From: a phage
Reading direction: 5' to 3' (one strand)
Sequence record: PX915677.1
DNA: 64,000 nucleotides
Shown here one piece after another: positions 19,378-30,160 of this stretch. Position 1 is the stretch's first letter. The number at the start of each line of letters is the position of its first letter. Made by a program: the position numbers and the translations under genes. The notes below the pieces were generated by a model, which was not told where the DNA came from, did not search any database, and saw nothing but the letters and a program-made list of their open reading frames with translations.

Positions 19378-21576
19378 ATGTCTAGAGAATTAATGCCCAA
19401 ATCTGGTATAATGATGCCTCATGTGGTTGTAACCAGAGACGCGGCTGTTGTTGGGGTTTCTACTGTAGATGGACAGGCTGGAGCTATTAACCTCACCGGA
19501 AAATATTTACAGAAAACCGACGCAGCTGCTACCTATCAAACTAAAACAGAGGGTGCATCTAAAGATTTTGTGCTGGATTCGATTCAACCTATTATGTCTG
19601 GTGCGCTGTTCCGAGAAGACCCTTGGGTTGTTAATGATACCCCATTCCGTTCTACTGGAGCTAATGGTGTAGAATCAGTTGATATGATGAAAGTTACTAC
19701 TGATAACTCAATCAAGATTGGTAGTTATGCCTCTTCAGTTCAAGGTGTAGAGATTCATTCTGCTGGTCGTCTTCAGGTTGTTGACCAGAATGACTCTGGG
19801 GTAGAAACTAAGTATCCAGTTTATTCTAAACGTTACCGTCCTGAGATTGAGGATTTGCCTTTTGCTGCAATTGGTTCTTATGTTAAAGACTCTAAAGGTC
19901 GTACGGTAGGTGTTACTCGTACAGGGATTAACTCTGATATCAAACAGCTCACACAGAAAGTTACTTTCACTCAACCAGTAACTGTCCCTGATGCAGTTGG
20001 TGATCATGATGCGGTTACTTTGAGACAGCTTCGAAACAGTGGTGGTGGCTCTGGTGGTCCTACGATGAGCGGTATCTCTAACTTTGGTATTGGTGATTTC
20101 CATTTACGTGACAGTCGAGCTTTTATTCCAGCTTTTGAGGTAACGTCAGACGGTCAGCTTCTTAATCGTTCAGAGTACCCAGATCTCTGGGCTTATGCAC
20201 AGCTGTTATCCCCTATCTCAGATTCTGAATGGCTTAGTGATGCCCAAAAACGTGGACAGTACTCTACTGGTGATGGTTCTACTACTTTCCGCGTTCCAGA
20301 CCGCAACGGGGTTCAGGTCGGTTCTATTAGGGAGCTATTTGGTCGCGGTGATGGTGGTACATCATCCAACGATGGTGTTATCTATGATTCTGCTGCACCT
20401 AATATCAAAGGTAAGGTCGCTGGTGTATCAGCCGGGACTTATGCAGGGATATTCGGGACGTCTGTGCAAGATTCATTCTATACGGATAACAGTTTGTATC
20501 CGGCTGGTGGAGGGGACACTATACCTCCGGGGTCCGGTGCAGTTGATGGACGTAATAATACTCTAGTCTTCGACGCAAGCCAGTCCAACCCAGTTTATGG
20601 TCGTTATAGTATCTCTGACAACATTATACCGAGAAACTTTGTGGGGGTTTGGACTATTCGTGCTCATGGTGGATTTGTTGCTGCTAATACTTCTTGGTCT
20701 GTTATTAATAGTGACACCACACGACCTTCCAACGGAACGAAAGTTTCTAGTGGGTCAGTTGTCTCTGAGTATAAAATCGGTTCAGAAGTAGAAGCTTCTA
20801 CTACTCTCAAAACTGATGCCTACATCAACGGAGCTTACTATGGAATCATTGACGTCTACAATAAAACTAAAGGAGTTACCAAGCAGTTAGCTTTCGACGA
20901 TTCTGGTACACTGAATTCTGATAGGTATGTTTCTAGATTTGGCACTTTGATGTCTTGGAGTGAAACAGGAGCTAGGAAAGGAACATTCTCCATGGACAAC
21001 CAAGGGCTAGGGTCTAACTTCTCCTTCAATTCCATACTAAGTGCTTCTCAATCATCTAGTGGGGGATACAAGACCACCACTCATGTTGGCATGATTCACA
21101 ACGACGCCGGAACTTTTGCCGATTCTTGCTGGCACGTTGCAGGTGATGAAGACAACAAATACGGTTGCCGTCTAACACTTCGACCAAACAGGAATGAGAT
21201 TTTATATTATACTTGGCAACCCGGCTCTACTGGAACATACACTCTTGCTCTGAATCCCGTGTCAGATGAAAGATTAAAACATGATATCCAAGATATTTCC
21301 CCTGAGAAAGCTATCAAAGCTATTAAAGGTTTGGATTTCAAATCATTTGTGTATAACAATGATGAGCAAGGAAGAACTCGTCGTGGTATTATTGCACAGC
21401 AAGCAGAAAAGGTAGAACCTCTTTATGTTAAGACTCGTAGGTTCCACGACAATGATGGTGTAGAGCAAGAACAGAAAGAGCTAGACTCAGCTCCTATGCT
21501 CCTTGATACTATGCAGGTTGTTCAAGACCTTCTGAAGCGTATTGAAGTTCTAGAAGCAAAACTAGCAGAGAGGTAA
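19378..21576 (+). CDS. Tail fibre/spike protein (732 aa) with C-terminal intramolecular chaperone (peptidase S74-like) domain
   Basis: C-terminal SDERLKHDIQDI motif matching the SDxRxKxNI signature of self-cleaving chaperone domains, followed by coiled coil. Confidence 0.7.
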   Translation: MSRELMPKSGIMMPHVVVTRDAAVVGVSTVDGQAGAINLTGKYLQKTDAAATYQTKTEGASKDFVLDSIQPIMSGALFREDPWVVNDTPFRSTGANGVESVDMMKVTTDNSIKIGSYASSVQGVEIHSAGRLQVVDQNDSGVETKYPVYSKRYRPEIEDLPFAAIGSYVKDSKGRTVGVTRTGINSDIKQLTQKVTFTQPVTVPDAVGDHDAVTLRQLRNSGGGSGGPTMSGISNFGIGDFHLRDSRAFIPAFEVTSDGQLLNRSEYPDLWAYAQLLSPISDSEWLSDAQKRGQYSTGDGSTTFRVPDRNGVQVGSIRELFGRGDGGTSSNDGVIYDSAAPNIKGKVAGVSAGTYAGIFGTSVQDSFYTDNSLYPAGGGDTIPPGSGAVDGRNNTLVFDASQSNPVYGRYSISDNIIPRNFVGVWTIRAHGGFVAANTSWSVINSDTTRPSNGTKVSSGSVVSEYKIGSEVEASTTLKTDAYINGAYYGIIDVYNKTKGVTKQLAFDDSGTLNSDRYVSRFGTLMSWSETGARKGTFSMDNQGLGSNFSFNSILSASQSSSGGYKTTTHVGMIHNDAGTFADSCWHVAGDEDNKYGCRLTLRPNRNEILYYTWQPGSTGTYTLALNPVSDERLKHDIQDISPEKAIKAIKGLDFKSFVYNNDEQGRTRRGIIAQQAEKVEPLYVKTRRFHDNDGVEQEQKELDSAPMLLDTMQVVQDLLKRIEVLEAKLAER

Positions 21577-21580
21577 TATA

Positions 21581-21598
21581 AGCCCCTTCGGGGGCTTT
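21581..21598 (+). terminator. Hairpin with TTCG loop
   Basis: AGCCCC(ttcg)GGGGCT then TTAG. Confidence 0.4.
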
Positions 21599-21668
21599 AG
21601 TAGTGAGTACCCTTAGTAAGTAATGAAACTAATATATCCCAAGAGGTTAATATATAGGAGACACTCAA

Positions 21669-21887
21669 ATGAAAATGATGAAACAAGCTGCATATGGTTT
21701 AATATGTTTAGGCGCAGGTGTTGTGGTATCCACCGCAGTTCCTGTAGGCGCAGTTCATCCATTAGTAACTGTCCCTGCTCCAGTAGAGAAGCTTAGCTCT
21801 CAATGCAAGCAGAGAACAATTCAAAATAACTTAGTTGTTATTTGCCCTGATGCTGAATCTAACGCTCTGAGAAAGATACTACCTTAA
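21669..21887 (+). CDS. Small protein with one N-terminal hydrophobic segment (72 aa)
   Basis: ORF track; RBS AGGAGA; immediately upstream of lysozyme gene. Confidence 0.45.
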   Translation: MKMMKQAAYGLICLGAGVVVSTAVPVGAVHPLVTVPAPVEKLSSQCKQRTIQNNLVVICPDAESNALRKILP

Positions 21888-21916
21888 TTTAAAGGGACTA
21901 CAAAAGGAGGTTAGAA

Positions 21917-22408
21917 ATGGATAACGTCGCATTGCCACCTGTACAACTAAACTTAAGCCCAGCTGGAATGGAATTCATCATGAAGCATGAGGGTATGAGA
22001 ACAAAGGCTTATAAAGATTCCGCAGGTATCTGGACTATATGTGTAGGGGCTACGCGCGATATGAATGGTTATCCGGTTAGACAAGGATTAACGTATTCTA
22101 TAGAGGATTGTCTAGCTCTGCTAGATAGAGACACACAAGACTCTGTTCGTGCTACTCAGAAGAACATAAAGGTTCCTTTACTGGTTCATGAGTTTGATGC
22201 ACTCACTTCTTTCAACTTCAATGTTGGCAGTGGGGCTTTAAGCACATCTAAGTTAAGGAAGGTAATCAATGGAGATGTTAAGGGGGATGTTTATTCCGAA
22301 TTTCTTCGTTGGGATAAAATAACGGTCAAGGGAGAGAAGCAGAGAAGTCAGGGTCTTCATAATAGAAGAGTTGCAGAAGCTAATCTTTACACCGAAGGTA
22401 AATATTAA
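21917..22408 (+). CDS. Lysozyme, T4/P22 gp19-type (glycoside hydrolase family 24)
   Basis: HEGMRTKAYKDSAGIWTICVGAT matches the E...D...T catalytic region of GH24 lysozymes; no SAR-type N-terminus. Confidence 0.8.
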   Translation: MDNVALPPVQLNLSPAGMEFIMKHEGMRTKAYKDSAGIWTICVGATRDMNGYPVRQGLTYSIEDCLALLDRDTQDSVRATQKNIKVPLLVHEFDALTSFNFNVGSGALSTSKLRKVINGDVKGDVYSEFLRWDKITVKGEKQRSQGLHNRRVAEANLYTEGKY

Positions 22409-22420
22409 TGGAGGTGCCTT

Positions 22421-23224
22421 TTGGCTATCGAAACTAATGCGGTAGTTATTACCGACTTAAACCCACTCTATCCTAGAGACAGGGATTACATCTACGAAGG
22501 GGCGGCTCAAATCCGCCTCATTAAACAAACGTTACAGAACACATTCCCCAATGTTACAGAGCCAGTTGATATAGATTCTGACACCTTTAAGATCATGTCA
22601 GAGAAGCTCAAATTTACTGGTGATGCAATGGATGTTGGTGGTCTTATGATCAAGAACGTTACTCCGGGAACTGGTGACAAGGACGTTGTTACTAAAGGCC
22701 AGATGGAAGCGTTCATGAAGAACTGGATGGAGAATAAAGTATTCCGTATTGGTGCTTACTATATCACTGAAGAAGACATTAACCCCGGTGATTCTATCTC
22801 CTTAGGGTTTGGTTCTTGGGCTAAAGTGACTGGTGTCATTATGGGTACTGGTGTAGTAAACCCTGATGGTTCTGTCCCTAATGCTCAGAGAGTTGAGTTC
22901 CAAGCAGGTGGTACTGGTGGTCGTGTCTTCAATACCATTCGAACAGAGAACGTACCTTTGATGACAGTTAATGGCTCCAGCTTCTCTCTGTCCAGTAATA
23001 CTCATAGTCACAATATGGTGTTTGGTCGTGGAGATGCTAGTGGTCATAACAGCTCGCCAAACTGGTATAGTCCGGGTGGTGGATATAGTCAGAGAACTGA
23101 TAATGACACACATACTCATACAATCTCTGGTAGTGTAAGTCTTGGTCGTGATGATATTTCTCGTCAACCTATTAACACTTTGCCACCATTCAGAGCAGCT
23201 CACATTTGGAGACGTATTAGCTAA
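22421..23224 (+). CDS. Tail fibre tip-like protein with His-x-His repeats (267 aa)
   Basis: TTG start with GGAGGTG upstream; C-terminal SNTHSHNMV, THTHTISG motifs. Confidence 0.5.
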   Translation: MAIETNAVVITDLNPLYPRDRDYIYEGAAQIRLIKQTLQNTFPNVTEPVDIDSDTFKIMSEKLKFTGDAMDVGGLMIKNVTPGTGDKDVVTKGQMEAFMKNWMENKVFRIGAYYITEEDINPGDSISLGFGSWAKVTGVIMGTGVVNPDGSVPNAQRVEFQAGGTGGRVFNTIRTENVPLMTVNGSSFSLSSNTHSHNMVFGRGDASGHNSSPNWYSPGGGYSQRTDNDTHTHTISGSVSLGRDDISRQPINTLPPFRAAHIWRRIS

Positions 23225-23233
23225 GGAGGAATT

Positions 23234-26200
23234 ATGGCGCTGTATCCAATAAAGTCACTAGGTGCTGTAGGCGTTATCGCTGACCAAGCTCCGACAGACT
23301 TAGCTCCTAATGCTTTCACTAATGCTATAAATGCTCGATTTGTTGAGCAGAGAGTATTTAAGACGGGGGGCAATGCCCCTCTTTCTTATGTAGATGAAGA
23401 TAAGGATTTAACCCCTCTGTCTTTCGTTTCTATGCCTTTCGATTATTATAGCGCAGGTAATAGCTTTCTTGTTGTAGGTACTAATAAGAAGTTATATAAA
23501 CTGACAGATGAAAGCTTGACTGATATTAGCCGTAAGGTTGCTACAGTCACTAAGAAGGCTTCTGCCTCAATTAAGATTTATCCAGTTGTTTCTCAGATCG
23601 TTCCTAAAGAATCAACTATCTCAATGAACTTCAATCAGACCAAGAATCTAGAGGTTTCTCTTCTCCCTGCTGATGCTAACAATACCGATCTTATTTGGGA
23701 GGTTAGTAACTCATCCTATGGAAGTATTACGGTAGACCCTAGTGACTCTAAACTTGCTACTCTAACATCTTTTGAGAAAGAGGGTAATCTTGTAGTAACT
23801 ATCTCTACTGCCAATGAATCCGTAGTGGCTCAGATTGCTGTTAATATCATCGATGGTGATTCAGGCATCTTCTTGAGTCAAGATACTGTTACAATTCGTA
23901 AAGGAGGGACTACTACTCTCACGGCTGTTACTGGTAAAACTCCTGTAACTTGGTCCAGCAATAATGCTTCTATTGTATCCGTAACCCCTAACGCCAACTC
24001 TTTAACTGCTGTCATCACAGCGAACGGAGAAGGTAATGTAACAATCACTGCTGATAACGGGACTAAGACTGCTTCTTGTGAGATTGTTTCTATCCCTCAG
24101 ATTGATAGTATCTCTTTAAGCCAGTCAGATGTTACTGTGAGTAGAGGTTCTCAGTATATCTTAACTGCTACCCTTTCTCCTGCTAACGCCCCTAATCAAA
24201 ATATTACTTGGACCTCTTCTAACCCAAATATTGCAACAGTATCAGGGACTAGCACACAAGGGACGATCAACGCTCTGCTTGCTGGTTTTACTGAGATTAC
24301 AGCTACCACTGAAGAAGGTAACAGAGTTGCTGTCTGTACTGTACGTGTGGATTTAGCTGGAAGGACAATGAGAACAAGTGCTATGGCATTTGCCGCTCCT
24401 GTGTCAGAGTCAGTAGAAACTCAAGAGGAAGAAGTAGTAACTCCTCCTGAAAGTGAAGAGACGGTTTATTTTGCTGAGCCTACATCCGGTATTGATACGT
24501 CAGGGATGTATGAAGGTAACAACTTCTATGACTACTCTAACGTGAATGATATTGAAGGTTTTGCAAGAGCTTCTTTACTGGCAACCCCTTTGTCATCTGT
24601 AACCTTAGATATTGTCAGCGCTTCTCTTGATGTTGGTGAAGAGATTGTCATTACAGCCACAGCTTCTCCAGAAGGTGAGTACTCTTATCAGTGGTCTGTT
24701 GATAAAACTGGTTATGTTTCTACAACTTCAGTTACTGGTAAATCTATCAAACTGGTTGCTCTTCGTAAAGGAGAGATTAACGTAACATGTACTGTCAGTC
24801 AGATGACTCAGAAAGATTACGATGCTTTTGATGACTATCCTTGGTATCACGCTGTTATCTCTAACTGTGCAGTTGCTACAACTCACTATGAAACTCCTCA
24901 GGTAAAAGAATTCGAATCAGAATACTTTGTAGATCTTCCGGGATGGGGTGAGCAAACAGTTGTTGATAATGACGGAAACCCTTCAGTCAAGAAGTTTAAC
25001 TGGAAATGTGAGAGAGTAAGATCTTTTAACAACCGTCTTTTTGCTCTGAATATGAGAGAGGCTAATGCTTCTGGTGTTACCACTAACTACCCGCTTCGTC
25101 TTCGTTGGTCTAACTTTGCCAATGAGAACAAGGCTCCTACACTGTGGGATGACTTTGCCTATGATCGAGTTGTGTCTTCGGACTTAGCTTCTAACATCGT
25201 AGGGCAGACTCAGGCTCTAGAGAATGGGTATGCTGGTTACATTGACTTAGCAGATTCTAATGGTAGCTTGATTGATATCCTACCTCTTAAGGATTACTTG
25301 TTCGTTTATACAGAGTTTGAAACGTATATTGGTTCTCCGACTAATAACACGTACCAACCTCTAATGTTCAAGAAGCTCTTTAACGACTCTGGTATCCTTG
25401 CTCCCGAGTGTGTGGTTGAAGTAGAAGGTAGTCACTTCGTAGTTACTCAGAACGATGTAATCTTACACAACGGTGCAACTAAGAAGTCAATTGCATCTAA
25501 CCGTGTCAAGAACATGCTGATTAACGAGGTGTGTCTGGTTAATCCTTTAGCAACTCGAGTACACTTGCATCAGGATAAGAAAGAAGTTTGGGTTCTCTAT
25601 GTAGGACCGGGGGAGCCAAAAGAAAGCTTCGCTTGTACTAAAGCTGCTGTATGGAATTACGAGTTTGATACTTGGTCTTTCCGTACTATCCCATATGCTC
25701 AGTGTATTGGTCTGGTTGATCCTCCTGTTTTAGAAAGAGGTCCAATCTGGTCTGACTTCCAAGAAATCACTTGGGATGACCCATCTATTAAAGAACTCGT
25801 TTGGAGAAAGGATGCAACAAACTTTAGACAGAGGGTTACGATAGTAGGTTCATTCTTGAAGGGATTCTATCAGGTGGATGTAGGCGCTCTTGATTATTTC
25901 TATGACAGGCTAAATGATGTTGTTATAGAGAAGCCTCTGGAAATGAGGTTGGAGAGGACTGGTATAGATTTTGATAATGTGACGAATGAGTGGAATCAGA
26001 AGCATATTAATAGATTCCGACCTCAGACAACTGGTTCAGGTACTTACATATTTGAAGCTGGTGGTAGTCAATTCTCAAATGAATATGGACACCCACACAC
26101 ATCTAAGACATATACGATCGGTGTTGACAGGCATGTCTCGGTGAGACTGAACCATCCATACCTTTTCTATAATGTTATAGATAATGATGTTAACAGTAAT

Positions 26201-26251
26201 GCTGCTATCAATGGTTTAACGATAGAGTTTGCTGTTGGCGGGCGGAGATAA
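23234..26251 (+). CDS. Large virion/tail protein with multiple bacterial Ig-like (Big_2-type) domains (1005 aa)
   Basis: Several segments of the form VTxSxxxxTLxxGxTxxLTATxxPANA. Confidence 0.65.
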   Translation: MALYPIKSLGAVGVIADQAPTDLAPNAFTNAINARFVEQRVFKTGGNAPLSYVDEDKDLTPLSFVSMPFDYYSAGNSFLVVGTNKKLYKLTDESLTDISRKVATVTKKASASIKIYPVVSQIVPKESTISMNFNQTKNLEVSLLPADANNTDLIWEVSNSSYGSITVDPSDSKLATLTSFEKEGNLVVTISTANESVVAQIAVNIIDGDSGIFLSQDTVTIRKGGTTTLTAVTGKTPVTWSSNNASIVSVTPNANSLTAVITANGEGNVTITADNGTKTASCEIVSIPQIDSISLSQSDVTVSRGSQYILTATLSPANAPNQNITWTSSNPNIATVSGTSTQGTINALLAGFTEITATTEEGNRVAVCTVRVDLAGRTMRTSAMAFAAPVSESVETQEEEVVTPPESEETVYFAEPTSGIDTSGMYEGNNFYDYSNVNDIEGFARASLLATPLSSVTLDIVSASLDVGEEIVITATASPEGEYSYQWSVDKTGYVSTTSVTGKSIKLVALRKGEINVTCTVSQMTQKDYDAFDDYPWYHAVISNCAVATTHYETPQVKEFESEYFVDLPGWGEQTVVDNDGNPSVKKFNWKCERVRSFNNRLFALNMREANASGVTTNYPLRLRWSNFANENKAPTLWDDFAYDRVVSSDLASNIVGQTQALENGYAGYIDLADSNGSLIDILPLKDYLFVYTEFETYIGSPTNNTYQPLMFKKLFNDSGILAPECVVEVEGSHFVVTQNDVILHNGATKKSIASNRVKNMLINEVCLVNPLATRVHLHQDKKEVWVLYVGPGEPKESFACTKAAVWNYEFDTWSFRTIPYAQCIGLVDPPVLERGPIWSDFQEITWDDPSIKELVWRKDATNFRQRVTIVGSFLKGFYQVDVGALDYFYDRLNDVVIEKPLEMRLERTGIDFDNVTNEWNQKHINRFRPQTTGSGTYIFEAGGSQFSNEYGHPHTSKTYTIGVDRHVSVRLNHPYLFYNVIDNDVNSNAAINGLTIEFAVGGRR

Positions 26252-26257
26252 CAACAA

Positions 26258-26277
26258 GGGGCTTCGTGCCCCTTTTA
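26258..26277 (+). terminator. Intrinsic terminator
   Basis: GGGGC(ttcgt)GCCCC then TTTTATTG. Confidence 0.55.
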
Positions 26278-26294
26278 TTGTTTTGGAGGAACTT

Positions 26295-27263
26295 ATGGGT
26301 GCAGGTGGTTTTCGTAAGAACACTGGTCGCAACAACACCACACTCCCGTACAACGTTGGGTTTCTCAATAATGTACAGGACACAGAAACATATAACGTAG
26401 CCGTATATGATGAGCTACAAAAAGTCAGTACAGCTACTAACCAAATGTTCCAAGCTATTGATGAGATTCACGATGAGATTGATGTTCGTATCAAAGCTCT
26501 CCATGCGATGAACTTACAATTTGATGAGCTTGAGAATAGAATTACTACAGAGATAGAGACAGCTATTGCCGATATCCAAACACAGATGGGGAATCTCTCC
26601 ACTGAAGATATTTGGGATAATTCTGTTCAACCTCCTGTGAAATTAGAAAGCACTGTATCTGGTTTTAAAACAAGTATTGAAGGTAACACAACCAAGATTC
26701 AAACGGTAGAAGGTATTGTCAACGATCAAGGTCAAGAGATTGCTTTTGTTCAGACAGAGATTCAAAATATTAATGGAAGCCTATCTCAGTATATGAAGCT
26801 CTCTGAGTATGAAGCTACGTGGGGTGTTAACTCTACAGTCAACGGAAGATATGCTGGGGTCAAGTTAACTAACAACGGAACAAACAGCCAATTCCAAGTA
26901 ACAGCTAACAAATTTATTGTTGGTGATGGCAACTCTGGTAATACTCCCTTCGTGTTTGAAGGTGGGCGAGCTAGGATGGAATTCGCTGATATAAAGAACG
27001 TCAATATCACAACAGCTCAGATTGCTAACGCTAGAATCCAATGGGCACAGATTGATAACGTATCCATCTCCAACGCCCAGATTCAGAACTTATCAGCGGA
27101 TAAAATCACTGCTGGTTCTATGTGGGGTTCTAACTGGAGACTAACTGTTGGTGGTGACTTTGTTATGGGTGGTACAGGTGGGGCGCAGTTGTGGATGAAT
27201 GGTAACAGAATCGACTTCTACGATGGAAGTGGTGCTCTGAGAATTAGAATAGGGAGTTGGTAA
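26295..27263 (+). CDS. Tail fibre-like protein (about 322 aa; start moved to ATG 26295 with GGAGGAA RBS)
   Basis: ORF-track start 26229 overlaps upstream gene and terminator hairpin; internal ATG has strong RBS. Confidence 0.55.
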   Translation: MGAGGFRKNTGRNNTTLPYNVGFLNNVQDTETYNVAVYDELQKVSTATNQMFQAIDEIHDEIDVRIKALHAMNLQFDELENRITTEIETAIADIQTQMGNLSTEDIWDNSVQPPVKLESTVSGFKTSIEGNTTKIQTVEGIVNDQGQEIAFVQTEIQNINGSLSQYMKLSEYEATWGVNSTVNGRYAGVKLTNNGTNSQFQVTANKFIVGDGNSGNTPFVFEGGRARMEFADIKNVNITTAQIANARIQWAQIDNVSISNAQIQNLSADKITAGSMWGSNWRLTVGGDFVMGGTGGAQLWMNGNRIDFYDGSGALRIRIGSW

Positions 27264-27264
27264 T

Positions 27265-28284
27265 ATGGCATATGGAATATGGTGTCAACCTGTAGGTCCG
27301 GGGCCAGCTGCCCCTGCCCCTCTTTTTATTGACAGTAATCTAACATTTCCACAATACCTAGGGGCATACAGCATATCCCCTTCGTGGAGTGCTAGAAACG
27401 CTTCATTTAATGTCGGCTCTTTTGATGGTCAAGGAGAGTTATTAATTGTCCCAACTAGTAGACTTATTCAAGACTATTACGTAGGGACGGATTTAATGCC
27501 TAGTTTTAGCTATGTAACAGGTATAGGGACTTCTGGACAAACAGTAAATATTAACATAGAGCCTGCTGGAGCTAGCGGTAATAACAATAGAAGCTTCCCA
27601 ATGTCTTTCCAAGCATATAAACTATGGCCTAGAGGTAATAGAAGTTATGGAATAACTTTCTCCAACTCAGCAGATTTCTTCTCTATCTCTGATAGTGGGG
27701 TTGTTGGTCAATGTGTTTGGGCGTACAGAGGGGCTGTAGGAGATGGTTTTACTGTTCCTAATGCTGGTCCTAACGCTCTTGTGTTTGCTAATTGGAATCA
27801 GGGTGGGGTGTGTGCTTCTTACAATGCAAGCAATGGTCAAATGATCATAACCCACAACAGATCAAACCAGTCCGGAAGTAACAGGGGTGCAGTAATAAAT
27901 GATATGAGGATCGCTGTTTTTGCCAGTGGAGTGGGTGTGCCAGAACATAATGGGGGTTTGAATATTTATTCTCCCGGAACTACTGCTTGCGTATTCTCTA
28001 CTTACAGGACTCCTTTTGCTATTAGCAGGTTCTTCCCATCTAGTGGGGGTGATACAGGTCTAGGTATTCCTATGATGTGTATGAACGTTACCAATGGAGC
28101 TATAACAGCGCAAGGGGGTGGGTGGATGTGGGTTCATGAAAGATCCCATACAATGAGTGGTACATCGGTAGGAACAGGATTTGGACCACTTGTGGCTAAC
28201 TGGACTGATCAATACCCAATCAATGTTAACATAAACCTAGGATTCAATTACCCAATGTTGGAAGGTTCTTTAATTTATGCATAA
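27265..28284 (+). CDS. Hypothetical tail protein (339 aa)
   Basis: ORF track; structural module. Confidence 0.55.
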   Translation: MAYGIWCQPVGPGPAAPAPLFIDSNLTFPQYLGAYSISPSWSARNASFNVGSFDGQGELLIVPTSRLIQDYYVGTDLMPSFSYVTGIGTSGQTVNINIEPAGASGNNNRSFPMSFQAYKLWPRGNRSYGITFSNSADFFSISDSGVVGQCVWAYRGAVGDGFTVPNAGPNALVFANWNQGGVCASYNASNGQMIITHNRSNQSGSNRGAVINDMRIAVFASGVGVPEHNGGLNIYSPGTTACVFSTYRTPFAISRFFPSSGGDTGLGIPMMCMNVTNGAITAQGGGWMWVHERSHTMSGTSVGTGFGPLVANWTDQYPINVNINLGFNYPMLEGSLIYA

Positions 28285-28293
28285 GGAGATATT

Positions 28294-29076
28294 ATGGCAA
28301 TCAGAATGGGTATCGAAGAACTAGACCCAATGGTTCAACAGGCTTCAAAGAAGTATGGGATTCCTGCTGCTTTAATTCATGCTGTCATCCAAAGAGAGTC
28401 CAGTGGTCGTCCTACAGTGGCCTCTGGAACTGGTCCTGTAGGTTTAATGCAGATCAGTAAAGGGTTGGCTAAAGATTACGGTTACAAACTAGAAGATAGA
28501 CTTGACCCAGCAAAGAATATTGATATGGGCGCTCGTTACATAAGAGATAACTTAAAAGCTTTTAATGGTGATGTTAAGAAAGCAATGGTTGGTTATTCAG
28601 AAGGTATCGGTGGAGCTAAGCAAATGTTCGCTGGTAAAAAGGGGTTTACTCCACAAGCTCTTGACTCCATGAACAATAAACACTTTCTTCCTTTCTATGG
28701 TGATGCAGCCTCTCAGATTGCTAACCCTGTTGGAGCTTTGCAAGCTGTTCAACCAGTCAATCAGTTTAGTCCTGACTTGTTAGATAGAGAGAAGGCCGCA
28801 CAAGCTCCAACTCAGGCAGAGATTGCTGCTTCTAAGACAGGTGCTTTAGGTGGAAATCCAGTAGAGTTTTACTCTGATGAAGTGCAGGAAGGCGAAAATC
28901 AGAAACCTCAACAGAACTTTGGTAATGCAGTATTAGGGGTAGCTGCTATGCTTGCTGGTAAACCTCCCACTTCTCAAACAGTTCAGAGGGCAAGTGCACC
29001 ACATGCAGCAGGTTCTCAGTACAGTCCACAAACACAAGCAGTGCTCAGACGTCTGGCTAGCATTGGTGTAAAGTAA
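28294..29076 (+). CDS. Virion-associated lytic transglycosylase (SLT domain)
   Basis: QRESSGRPTVASGTGPVGLMQI matches SLT catalytic region (ES...GLMQ). Confidence 0.75.
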   Translation: MAIRMGIEELDPMVQQASKKYGIPAALIHAVIQRESSGRPTVASGTGPVGLMQISKGLAKDYGYKLEDRLDPAKNIDMGARYIRDNLKAFNGDVKKAMVGYSEGIGGAKQMFAGKKGFTPQALDSMNNKHFLPFYGDAASQIANPVGALQAVQPVNQFSPDLLDREKAAQAPTQAEIAASKTGALGGNPVEFYSDEVQEGENQKPQQNFGNAVLGVAAMLAGKPPTSQTVQRASAPHAAGSQYSPQTQAVLRRLASIGVK

Positions 29077-29095
29077 TAATCTTTAAGGAGGACTT

Positions 29096-30148
29096 ATGTC
29101 TTTATTTGGAAAATCAGCTTCTAGCAAAACCACAGTGGCCCCTTCCTCTCAGGTTGATGCCCTGCTGAAGCAGATTGTTGCTAATGCTCAGAATATGCAG
29201 AACAACGATCCGGGATTCATCTCCCAACAACTGGCTGGGTTTAATGGCAACCAACAGGGTGCTCTGAACAACTTAGCAGCTTCTACTACTCAGAAGAAAC
29301 TAGCTGATATGTATACACCACGTACACAGCAAGGGTTGGACCAATTAAACTCTCTTGCACAGCAGTATCAGAATATTGTCAATGGTGGTGGTCTAACTGC
29401 TGATGGTGTTAATAACTTCAGTAAAGGACTAAACAGCTCAGCTCTTGCTCAAGCGACTAGTAAGGCAGCTTCCAATGTATCTCTCGGAAATGGTTCTGAT
29501 TCAGGTTCTCTCCGTAGAGCTGCTGCTCAAGGTGCTGCTCTGAACAGTGCTAATACAAACTTAGCTCGTACTATCAGTGGCAAGAATATGGGAATCAGTG
29601 CTCTTCAACAAGACCAAAACTTCCAGAGGGGGTTACTTGGTGCTCAGTCAGGATTGGCTGGACAGAATCTCAATCTTGGTGCTCAAGGTGTTCAGGCAAC
29701 TCAACAAGCTATCCAGAATCAACTCATGGCTGGTAATCTACAACAGCAACAAGCCCAAGCTCAAGCTGATATTAATTGGCAGAACGCTATTGGCTCTCAA
29801 CAGTATGGGTGGAATCAGCTTAACAACCAACTTAATGTATTAAATAGTGTAAGCCCAATGGCTGGGTACACGATTAAGAATGCTGCTCCGGGGGTTAATA
29901 CTGGACAACAGCTCCTAGGTGCTGGTATCACTGGATTAGGTATTGCAGGTCGTATGGGTGCTTTCTCTCCTAATCAACAGACTCAGAATGCTTGGAGTTC
30001 CTATAACAACTCAGGTGGGCAATCTGGAATGGCTGGTCCTATGATTGGTGGTTCTAATCTTTCTCAACAGAAAGGTCAGTCTAACTGGTTATCCACAGCA
30101 GGTAGTAATATCTTAGGTGGTGTCTTAGGGGCATTTGGAGCAAACTAA
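29096..30148 (+). CDS. Gln/Asn/Gly-rich low-complexity internal virion protein (350 aa)
   Basis: ORF track; Gly-rich hydrophobic C-terminus; paralogous to next gene. Confidence 0.55.
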   Translation: MSLFGKSASSKTTVAPSSQVDALLKQIVANAQNMQNNDPGFISQQLAGFNGNQQGALNNLAASTTQKKLADMYTPRTQQGLDQLNSLAQQYQNIVNGGGLTADGVNNFSKGLNSSALAQATSKAASNVSLGNGSDSGSLRRAAAQGAALNSANTNLARTISGKNMGISALQQDQNFQRGLLGAQSGLAGQNLNLGAQGVQATQQAIQNQLMAGNLQQQQAQAQADINWQNAIGSQQYGWNQLNNQLNVLNSVSPMAGYTIKNAAPGVNTGQQLLGAGITGLGIAGRMGAFSPNQQTQNAWSSYNNSGGQSGMAGPMIGGSNLSQQKGQSNWLSTAGSNILGGVLGAFGAN

Positions 30149-30160
30149 AGGAGATTTGAT

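Noticed and set aside
19347-21598. TTCG-loop hairpins after each tail-fibre gene as a repeat family or mobile element
   Set aside because: Short GC stems with tetraloops at gene ends are better explained as terminators or attenuators.
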